From positions 1-63,947 of the forward strand of contig JAHSRM010000060.1 of assembly GCA_021650775.1 (NCBI GenBank): a DNA stretch of 63,947 bases. The letters are read 5' to 3'. Of the stretch, positions 37,339-45,155 are shown piece after piece. Made by a program: the position numbers and the translations under genes. Every line of letters begins with the position of its first letter. Within the stretch, counting starts at the first letter, position 1. This DNA comes from Candidatus Benthortus lauensis (GTDB taxonomy: Archaea > Thermoproteota > Nitrososphaeria_A > Caldarchaeales > Wolframiiraptoraceae). The notes under the pieces are model-generated. The model was not told the origin of the DNA. It searched no databases and saw only the letters and a program-made list of their open reading frames with translations.

Positions 37339-38100
37339 ACTATCCCCAGCTTCGGGATGTATGCTTGATAAGCTTTCCTCAGCTCCTCCGGATCTATGTG
37401 GTCGTAGATGTCTATCGCCTCCCCCCTCCTGCCCCCTCTTAGTTCTTTTATGAACTCCCGTGGCATTCCATTCCTCCTGAGCCAGGTTGTGAACCAATGC
37501 CGGAGACCATGTGGCTAATCCTTAATCCAAGTTTTGACGAGTGCTTCACAATAACATTAATATCATGTTTCTGTTTATTCGCTTCTTGCTCTCATAATTT
37601 GTGAACAGCGCTTTAGTTCGCGGTCTCAGTTGCTCTCTGATCTAAGCACCTTTCAAGAACTAACGCAGCTTCATCGTCAAAAACCCTCGATTACTTCTCT
37701 TTTGCGTCTTCTCAAGATATTTTGCAGCTCTCCCAATCAATATTATCTATATCAAGTCTAATGAGCTTGCTTCTTCTAATTTCCGTTTTCCCAGCAAGAC
37801 TATTATCACCCATTCTCTAGGATCCAACGTCGAGCTAACCATCCTAGCAGGCTCTTCAATCTACTCTTCTTCGCTCTTACATCTCCTAGATAGCACGTTG
37901 TTCATTGGAACTTTCTCCTCATAGGCTAGGTAATCGTAAAACGTGGACAGCGCCGAAAATAATTCTCAAGAGTCTTATGCCTCACCTTCTTCTCAGAAGC
38001 TCTATCAGCTCATGATTAAACCTCATAACATCCTCGAAGCGAGGTTCTGGAAATCGCTGAGCCCTATACCTCTGAAGAAGCTTTTCCCAAGACTATCGAC
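37335..38100 (-). pseudogene. tyrosine recombinase (XerC/D-like integrase) remnant A
   Basis: Multiple stops and frameshifts. Recognisable pieces are LENYFSALSTFYDYLAYEEKVP, IIVLLGKTEIRRSKLIRLDIDNIDWE and an in-frame C-terminus HGLRHWFTTWLRRNGMPREFIKELRGGRRGEAIDIYDH. Clear nucleotide similarity to 43475-44406. Confidence 0.7.
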
Positions 38101-38102
38101 TA

Positions 38103-41100
38103 TTAACGTGATTTTAATATTCTTTCTTTAGCTAAATGTTCAATTTCTTGACTATCTATACTTCCATCAGGTCTCTCTTTGGATACTATTAATTGTTTAT
38201 AATAGCCGTTTTCTTTATACCATCGCTCTTTTCTTTTCCAGTCTTTAATATAATCTGGATCATTTAACATGCCAAGATGTTCCCAGTAAAACGTTTTTCC
38301 TTGATACTTTATAGTAAAATCTGGTAACCGATAATCCAACGGATCATTTTTAGAATAAAGTGGTTTCTCATATTCATAACTTATGCCTAAATCAGCTAAA
38401 ATGTTTGCTATAATTACCTCCGATTTAGATCTAACCAATTCTCCTTTCCTTGTTACATGTTTTAATTGTTCTGGTTTGAACGGCTCTTTACAAATTTTCA
38501 ATTTAAATAGATTTGTATTTCTCTTAAGAGTTTGAGAATATTGTAGATTTCTATATGTCAGTAAAGGAAGTATATCTTTTTCAATAAGTAGAATTATTTT
38601 TCTTCTGAACCTAGTTAATCCCGTATATAGTAGTTCTGTTGATAGCGTTGATGTTTTCTGTGGTACGATAAAAATTACTACATCAAAATCACTTCCTTGT
38701 GATTTATGGACTGTAATAGCATATGCTAATTCGAGGTTTTCGTCTATCACATTTTTCCCATAATATCTAAATCTTATGTTCGGATGCGTTGAAAATTCTA
38801 CTTCTAAGAATTTTTTCTCTTTATTAAGTTTAACTACTCTGCCAATTTCTCCATTCGCTACATAGTCAGAATATTGTCCATTTCCATTTATTATCTGAAC
38901 CTGTTTTTCTTTTCCTTTGGTTCTCTTGTTAATAATTTGTATAACTTTATCAGTATACATTATTTGTTGTTCTCCTAAATATTTTCTCTGCATAAATAAT
39001 CCTCTATTATACTTTTCTTGAATAATACGGTTTATTTCTGTTGTTCCAAAGAAATGTAATCTTGTAGGTGAAATAATCTGCCAATTTTCAGGATTCTTAA
39101 GTGATTCATTAAATCTTTGATATAAGGGTTCACCGTTTTTCTTTTCATATAAGATGTTCATTATATTCTTTTCTAATATTTCATAAAGTTCTTTTTCATC
39201 ATTCCAAAAATATACTTCTAACTCTTTAGATGTAGACCTTTTTGCAATTTTGGAAAGTATCTCATCATCTCCAGGAGAACCCTTTTCCCTTAAGAAGAAA
39301 TCAGCTAATTTTAGAGCATCGGAACCCTCATGACGAACACGCTGGGTTAAGCAAATAACATGTTCTTTCCCATTTTCTTCTAGATAATCTATAATATCTA
39401 TAAAGGGTCTGCCAGGCCCTATCGGAGGTAGTTGATTAGGATCTCCTACAAGGACCAGTCGTTTAATATAATTAAAGTCAAGAGCTCTAAATAATGTGGC
39501 TAGAAGATCTATGGGAATCATGGAAGCCTCATCTATAATTACATTTTCATATACTCCTTTACTTCCGCCCTCATTCTTTAGAGAGTATGTTTCTTCTCTT
39601 ATCCATCCTTGTTTCATTAAGAATTCATGAATAGTTAATGCTTTTCTTCCTGTAATAGATTGTAATCTGACTCTTGCTTTTCCAGTAGGAGCTAACAGTA
39701 ATAATGAAGTTTTCCCCTCTAATTCTTCAAGCCCCTTTATGAATGGTTTGAGAACAGTGGTCTTTCCAGTACCTGCTCTTCCCATTATTACAGATAAACG
39801 ATTTGAGAAAAGCGCTCTTAATGCTTCTATTTTTTCTTGACGCGCTTTATCTTCTAATGATTTATTTTCCAGCCTCTTAACATTCCTCAGTTCATTTTCT
39901 ATTAATTTTTTAAGTGTATGGTCAGAAGGTTCATCGTATTTCCCTTTAAGAAGATTCTTAATACGACCTTCAACCTCTTTTTCCATATCATAAAGAGATT
40001 TTAATGCGATAAACTTTGGATTATTTCTAGGGATAAAAACCAATTGCTCTTCATAAAATTTACGATTATGTAAAATAATATCTAAATCAAGCTCAAATAA
40101 TCGATTTTTAGGTAATCTTCTTTTTATTCTTTTAAAAGCTTCATAAACTGATATACAAGTATGTCCTTCTGTTGATGCTTCTTTTAATATTTGAACTAAT
40201 AACGCTCTTACTCTGCGCTCATCATCTTTGTCTATATACTCAAAATCAATTTTTTTAAAATTAGAAGCCAGTTTTTCATTTAATATCATACCCCTATCAA
40301 TGGTCTCGAAGTCTGTAGGAGGGGAATCACTATCTCCATCATCTAACTCTGAAATTATGTAGGGGTTTTCTATTAATTCCCTTTCTGTAGCATCTATGAA
40401 TGCTTCTTTACGTTTTTCTCGGTTAGACACCCTCTTTATTTGTTCAGGCGACAATGCAAAGCGGCATAATATCTTTAGTAGTTCTTTTCTTATTTTTGGA
40501 AGCTTCTTCCATTTTCTCATAGCTTTCTTATAATTTTCATAATACTTTTTTGGGATTCTTTTTCTCTTTCCATCAAGGATTGAGAAAACATAATGATGAA
40601 TATTCATTCCTTTAGATTCTAAGCTAGTTAGTTCCATACGATGATAAATAACGCCATTCTCAAAGCCTAAGGCTTCTAAAACACTACCAACTCCAGGGAA
40701 AACGCCACGATTCTTCCATACTTCCTCCAATACTTTATTTAACCACTTCAATCTATATTGCCACGATTTGCCATAAGGCTCTTTTATCTTATTATCTTTT
40801 ACTATAGTTTCTATAGACTGAATTGCTCTTTCAATTATTCCAACAGCAGTATCATCTGTCACATGTTCTGCAACATACGAAAACTGCCTTTTAGCTGAAG
40901 CTGGAATATAACAAATTATTTCTGATACATCATATCCATTTTTAATGTATTCTTGATATGGTAAACGAACTCCCTGTTCAGGAAAGCTATGAGTTATACA
41001 CCTAGACCATACAGGATAATTTTCTTTATATCCGGATTTCTTCCCAAAAAATTTTTGTCTACCTATATGAGATACGCGGCTTATTCCAATTAATATTCTC

Positions 41101-41576
41101 TTTTTTCTATCTTCTTCTAAAGGATTAGCGTAATTAACATAAAAGAATATGAGTGACTTGCTTGGAACTATCTCCTGCCAAAAATTTTTTAGTTTCTCTA
41201 ATTGAATTTTTGGATCACTTATCCAAGTTTCTCCTTGGTCCTCGCTAAGCATCCTCTCATATGGAGCTGTACAAAATGAATAAGGAGGGAGTTCTTCTTC
41301 AACTGGTGGTAAATTCCTCCATTCCAAAGGATCTTTATGAAGTATTGTAAAACCTTTAGAAGAGAATGTTGCTATATCTCTTGAACAAGGAGGAAGCTCA
41401 TTGAGTTTAAGCTTACTTACATGTTTTTTGGAATTCGTACATTCTACATCCTCATTCCTTTCTTCCCTTATATGTTCATGCATTACACAAGAAACATTTA
41501 ACTTAGGATTATCACAGATGCATCCGTCCCATCCCCGGTCATGCCATACAAGACGCGCTGATAGGTGGAGCGGCAT
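38103..41576 (-). CDS. 1157-aa fusion protein: unassigned Cys/His-rich N-terminal domain, RecD-like SF1B helicase and C-terminal PD-(D/E)xK-like nuclease
   Basis: Helicase motifs: GRAGTGKTT (aa 599-607, about nt 39756-39782), VIIDEASM, LVLVGDPNQLPP, AYAITVHKSQGSDFD and LLYTGLTRFRRK. C-terminal nuclease-like segment: RSKSEVIIANIL..YEYE..RLPDF...YWEHLG. N-terminus: LVWHDRGWDGCICDNPKLNVSCVMHEH. Confidence 0.85.
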   Translation of the reverse strand: MPLHLSARLVWHDRGWDGCICDNPKLNVSCVMHEHIREERNEDVECTNSKKHVSKLKLNELPPCSRDIATFSSKGFTILHKDPLEWRNLPPVEEELPPYSFCTAPYERMLSEDQGETWISDPKIQLEKLKNFWQEIVPSKSLIFFYVNYANPLEEDRKKRILIGISRVSHIGRQKFFGKKSGYKENYPVWSRCITHSFPEQGVRLPYQEYIKNGYDVSEIICYIPASAKRQFSYVAEHVTDDTAVGIIERAIQSIETIVKDNKIKEPYGKSWQYRLKWLNKVLEEVWKNRGVFPGVGSVLEALGFENGVIYHRMELTSLESKGMNIHHYVFSILDGKRKRIPKKYYENYKKAMRKWKKLPKIRKELLKILCRFALSPEQIKRVSNREKRKEAFIDATERELIENPYIISELDDGDSDSPPTDFETIDRGMILNEKLASNFKKIDFEYIDKDDERRVRALLVQILKEASTEGHTCISVYEAFKRIKRRLPKNRLFELDLDIILHNRKFYEEQLVFIPRNNPKFIALKSLYDMEKEVEGRIKNLLKGKYDEPSDHTLKKLIENELRNVKRLENKSLEDKARQEKIEALRALFSNRLSVIMGRAGTGKTTVLKPFIKGLEELEGKTSLLLLAPTGKARVRLQSITGRKALTIHEFLMKQGWIREETYSLKNEGGSKGVYENVIIDEASMIPIDLLATLFRALDFNYIKRLVLVGDPNQLPPIGPGRPFIDIIDYLEENGKEHVICLTQRVRHEGSDALKLADFFLREKGSPGDDEILSKIAKRSTSKELEVYFWNDEKELYEILEKNIMNILYEKKNGEPLYQRFNESLKNPENWQIISPTRLHFFGTTEINRIIQEKYNRGLFMQRKYLGEQQIMYTDKVIQIINKRTKGKEKQVQIINGNGQYSDYVANGEIGRVVKLNKEKKFLEVEFSTHPNIRFRYYGKNVIDENLELAYAITVHKSQGSDFDVVIFIVPQKTSTLSTELLYTGLTRFRRKIILLIEKDILPLLTYRNLQYSQTLKRNTNLFKLKICKEPFKPEQLKHVTRKGELVRSKSEVIIANILADLGISYEYEKPLYSKNDPLDYRLPDFTIKYQGKTFYWEHLGMLNDPDYIKDWKRKERWYKENGYYKQLIVSKERPDGSIDSQEIEHLAKERILKSR

Positions 41577-41587
41577 TATATTGTTTT

Positions 41588-41593
41588 ACCTCC
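41588..41593 (-). promoter_or_regulatory. Shine-Dalgarno-like GGAGGT upstream of the 1157-aa gene
   Basis: The minus strand reads TTAGGAGGTAAAACAATATA-ATG. An A/T-rich TTAAAAAC lies about 25 nt further upstream. Confidence 0.35.
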
Positions 41594-41813
41594 TAATAGT
41601 TTTTAAGGCTTTCTTTGTACAACCGCTTCTAAGAAAGATAAACACATGAAATAAGCTGAGCTACGGATACATGAAACATTCCATAAGGTGGCATTAGCGT
41701 TTAGGATAGTGGATATAAAGAAAATCTTAAAGTTCTATGAACATAAGAAGCAGGTAAAAGGTGTGGATGTTGTCAGACATCAACTTTATTAATCATTAGT
41801 TGGGTTCCTTATT

Positions 41814-42002
41814 TTGATGGGTGAGGTTTCGGAGATACTTGGTGAGATTCGGGAGGAGCTGAGGGAGCTTAGACTACTCTATAAAGAGCTTGTTGAGAGG
41901 CTTATTCCCGTCGAGGAGCCCGAACCAGATGAAAAGAAAGCAATAAAGGAGGAAGACGAAATCGTCGGCGAAGAAGAGTTGTTCAGGGTTTTGGGCGACT
42001 AG
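41814..42002 (+). CDS. putative antitoxin (acidic small protein) of the RelE module
   Basis: 62-aa acidic ORF ending 3 nt before the RelE-family gene. Confidence 0.5.
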   Translation: MMGEVSEILGEIREELRELRLLYKELVERLIPVEEPEPDEKKAIKEEDEIVGEEELFRVLGD

Positions 42003-42005
42003 GAT

Positions 42006-42266
42006 TTGTTTAGGCTTGAGATCAATCGTAAGGCCCTGAAAGCCCTCGAGAAGCTGGATGAGAAGAGGAGGAAGAGGTTTACCGATGTCTTCTCTATATT
42101 GAAGGAGGATCCCGTCCCCTTCAGGAAGCTTAATGTGGCTAAACTTCGTGGATATGAGAGCACCTATCGTATAAGGATCGGCGACCTAAGACTCGTATAT
42201 ACTGTTTATTGGGCTGAGAGAAGAATACTAATACACTTCATAGGAACAAGAAGAAAAGCGTATTGA
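42006..42266 (+). CDS. relE: type II toxin, RelE/ParE family
   Basis: KLRGYESTYRIRIGDLRLVYTVYWAERRILIHFIGTRRKAY, a typical RelE C-terminal core. Confidence 0.85.
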   Translation: MFRLEINRKALKALEKLDEKRRKRFTDVFSILKEDPVPFRKLNVAKLRGYESTYRIRIGDLRLVYTVYWAERRILIHFIGTRRKAY

Positions 42267-42316
42267 TTTTATGACAATAATGGTATAGCTATAAATTGTT
42301 ATGCTTGCCAAAAATA

Positions 42317-42916
42317 TTATTCTTCACCCATTGTTGCGCTAACCCGACATATATACTCCATCTTTTTCCTGAACCTTTCACGTAGATCACTATTTGTTGG
42401 ACATCTAAGACTAGATACATAATTTTCAAATTCTTTAACTAGCTGACTATGAAACAATCTACGGTTTATAATGAGCCCTTTTCCGTCTTCAGTAAAGCTG
42501 ACAAGTGGGGTTCCTTCCCGTATAATTACACGAGAACTTCCTTTAACCTCAGCTTGATGCAGAATACCGCATCGGATTTGGTCATAAAAAATTTTGGCTT
42601 TCTTTTCATCGAAAAATTCTTTAAAAGAGCTCTCCGTTAAGAAGCGGACAAAATATTCTTTTGATCTTCCGTGCGGAGTTTGTTCTACTCCTTCTCGAAA
42701 CTGTTGAAGTGTCTCAATAAGCAAACAGTCAAGTGCTAAGACTGCAAAGCCAGAATATGTCTGATTTTGAATGCGGTCTATAATATCTAAGAAGCGCCCT
42801 CTAATACGATCCTCGAAAATATCTATTGCCTTCTGCCACCCCTCTTCTTTTGAAAAGTCTATTCTTCGCCAATCCTCCGTTGTATAATGAGGTGAAATAC
42901 GCATCACATTTATCAC
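42317..42916 (-). CDS. hypothetical protein with a possible HEPN-type Rx4H motif
   Basis: Predicted mostly helical. FYDQIRCGILHQAE places R115-x4-H120 (nt 42557-42574). No other family motif recognised. Confidence 0.35.
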   Translation of the reverse strand: MINVMRISPHYTTEDWRRIDFSKEEGWQKAIDIFEDRIRGRFLDIIDRIQNQTYSGFAVLALDCLLIETLQQFREGVEQTPHGRSKEYFVRFLTESSFKEFFDEKKAKIFYDQIRCGILHQAEVKGSSRVIIREGTPLVSFTEDGKGLIINRRLFHSQLVKEFENYVSSLRCPTNSDLRERFRKKMEYICRVSATMGEE

Positions 42917-42977
42917 ATCTTTAGGATATAAATATTATTAAGCTAATAAGCTTTTCTATAGAAGTGGAGCTGTGGGT

Positions 42978-43445
42978 ATGGGCCGGATTTGGTATTTTTC
43001 CTATGGTAGGAATATGAATTCTAGTAAATTGTATGAAAGAATAAAAAGAAAACCTTTCAGTATATATAGAGGAAGATTGCTGAATTATAAACTCATCTTT
43101 GGCAAGGTTCCGGGTCCTAAACTAGGTACAGGATACGCAACTATTGTTCCAAGTCCAAAAGAATCGGTAGAAGGAGTATTATACTTACTTAACGGTCAGG
43201 ACTTAGAAGTATTGGATAAATATGAAGGCGTGGAAACGGGTAACTACATCAGATGTAAAGTAGAGGTTCTAAATTTAGATTTAAACATTATTGTAAAAGC
43301 TTACACATACATAGCTGTTAAAGTGGACGAAAATCTGAAACCTCCAAGAGAATATTTAGCCGAGTTAATAGAGTCTTCTAAGAGGATGTCTCTAACTAAT
43401 GACTGGATAATTAAACTAGAAAATCTAATGAAAGATTCCTTATAA
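42978..43445 (+). CDS. gamma-glutamylcyclotransferase (GGCT/AIG2-like) family protein
   Basis: The YFSYGRNMNSSKL N-terminal motif (YGSNL-type), VEGVLYLL and LDKYEGVETGNYIR (catalytic Glu context). Confidence 0.75.
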   Translation: MGRIWYFSYGRNMNSSKLYERIKRKPFSIYRGRLLNYKLIFGKVPGPKLGTGYATIVPSPKESVEGVLYLLNGQDLEVLDKYEGVETGNYIRCKVEVLNLDLNIIVKAYTYIAVKVDENLKPPREYLAELIESSKRMSLTNDWIIKLENLMKDSL

Positions 43446-43474
43446 AATCCTTTTCTCCACCAGTCTGGAGAATA

Positions 43475-44406
43475 TTATTCTATTCTTAGTTTTGGTATTG
43501 ATGCTAAGTATGCTTTTCTTAGCTCTTCTTCGTCTATGTGGTCGTAGATGCCTACCGCCTCTTTTTTCGGCCTCCTCTTAGCTCTTTAATGAATTCTCGG
43601 GGCATCTTATTTCTCCTAAGCCATGTAGTGAACCAGTGCCTCAGATCGTGGGGGACTTATTCTCAGACCAAGCCTGGATGAGTGCTTGACAACCACATTG
43701 AAGATTGTGTTTCTGTCTATTCGCTTCTTGCTTGCATAGTTTATGAAAAGGGCTTTGGTTTCTGGTTTGAGTATTGCTCTTGCTTTGAGCCATCTTCTGA
43801 GAACTATTGCTGTCTCGTCGTCGAAGAATACTATTCGGTTGCTCCGCTTCGGCTTCTTCAGGATGATCCTATATTTTCCCAGTCGATGTCATCTACGTCG
43901 AGTCTTATCAGCTCACCCCTCCTTATCCCTGTCTTTGCCAATAGGACTATTATCGCCCTATCCCACGGCTCTAGAACCGAGTTAACTATCCTGCTAAGCT
44001 CCTCAACGCTTAGAAGCCTCCTAACATGCTGCTCCTCATCACCCTTATACCTCCTGAGATAACGTTTCCTAAATGGTAAGATATAATTTGCTGGAACTAT
44101 CCCCTCATAGGCAAGATAATCATAGAATGTTGATAGTGCTGAGAAATAATTCTCTAAGGTCTTGTGACTAATCCTCCTCTTAAATCTAAGATATCTCAAG
44201 AAATTTCTAAGAACTTCCTTATCTACATTAAGCAGGCTTAATCCATCGGCTTTCAGGTATTCTATAAAGATTCTAATCGCCGATATATACTTCCTTATGC
44301 TCTCCCCGTTCATCTCCTTGAGTACGCAGTCCTTCCTGAAGTCTTGTATAATCCTCTCAGAATCAATCTTCCTGATCCTCAGCTGCTTTAGCCTCTCCAT
44401 CTCCAA
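43475..44406 (-). pseudogene. tyrosine recombinase (XerC/D-like integrase) B, at least three frameshifts
   Basis: The N-terminal 182 aa are intact (SAM-like domain, AKTGIRRGEL). The rest continues in other frames as RIILKKPKRSNRIVFFDDETAIVLRRWL..., then HDLRHWFTTWLRRNKMPREFIKELRGGRKK, then EAVGIYDHIDEEELRKAY... to the stop at 43475-43477. Confidence 0.75.
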
Positions 44407-44926
44407 CCCTTCCTAGGAAACTCGATCAGTCCGTAGTCCTCGAGAATCTCGAATCTCGAGCTGCCTTGAGATCGCCTTCACGTATTCCGTCTCGGATGGA
44501 TCGACACCAAGCCTGTCGAGGATTTCCTCTTCGCTGAACGATTCACCTGTCTTCAGAAGTTCTATTAGTTCTCTATCGAATCTTCGAATGCCCTCAAAGT
44601 GTGGCTCTAGAAATGGTTGAGCTCTGTATCTTCTGAGTTCGCGTTCAAGATTCTCGACAAGTTTTTCTTAGCATCCTGTTTTCTTCACGAAGTCTTTTAA
44701 CCTCATCATCGAATTCTTTCAACTTCTTAATCAATTCAAGTCTACTCTCGAATCTGTGGTTTTCGCTCTTCCTGATATAATCCTCAACAATCTCAAAGAC
44801 AAACTTCGATAATGATTTCTTCGCTAACGCCGCATGCCTCCTCCATTCCTCAACAAACTCCTCACTCGGAAGATAAACGTAGACGGTTCTCTCCTTGATG
44901 GTCTCAGTCTTCCTCCGCCCAACCAT
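44388..44926 (-). pseudogene. RHH / coiled-coil / wHTH regulator, frameshifted
   Basis: VYVYLPSEEFVEEWRRHAALAKKSLSKFV (RHH). The frame breaks at an A5 run (...NRMLRK|LVENLERELRRY...) and again at a 7-bp tandem duplication, GAATCTC x2 (44444-44457), before ...LEILEDYGLIEFPRKGW. Confidence 0.5.
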
Positions 44927-44970
44927 CCCAACGGTATCAAAAGGTATTACCCTTTACATAGTTTACCGGT

Positions 44971-44975
44971 AAAAA
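44971..44975 (-). terminator. T5 tract immediately 3' of tRNA-Leu
   Basis: The minus strand reads ...GCA-CA-TTTTT-ACC directly after the discriminator base. Oligo-T is the usual archaeal termination signal. Confidence 0.3.
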
Positions 44976-44977
44976 TG

Positions 44978-45084
44978 TGCGGGGGGTGGGATTTGAACCC
45001 ACGAACCCCTATGGGACAGGGGTTCTCATCCCTTTTTTTGGGATCCTGAGCCCTGCGCCTTTGGCCAGGCTTGGCTACCCCCGC
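44978..45084 (-). tRNA. tRNA-Leu(CAG) with a 22-nt intron
   Basis: Hand-folded. Acceptor stem GCGGGGG/CCCCCGC, A73, anticodon stem CAGGG/CCCTG, loop CUCAGG, long variable arm UCCCAUAGGGGUUC, and T-arm GUGGG-UUCAAAU-CCCAC. The intron ATCCCAAAAAAAGGGATGAGAA (45023-45044) follows position 37. Confidence 0.85.
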
Positions 45085-45155
45085 TTTTTGTTCTGTTTTT
45101 GTTTCTTGTGGGGCTGGTTTTTAAGTTTAAGGGTTGGGGTTCCGTGGTTTGGGTT

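Noticed and set aside
37339-37497. N-terminal 53 codons of track ORF 37000-37497 (MVHNLAQEEWNATGVHKRTKRG...).
   Set aside because: This stretch is the +1 frame of the integrase-remnant C-terminus (HGLRHWFTTWLRRNGMPREFIKELRGG...), so it is not part of the toxin-like gene.
43682-44062. Plus-strand ORFs 43682-44062 and 43743-43985.
   Set aside because: They are antisense to the tyrosine recombinase pseudogene, whose minus-strand frames carry recognisable integrase motifs.
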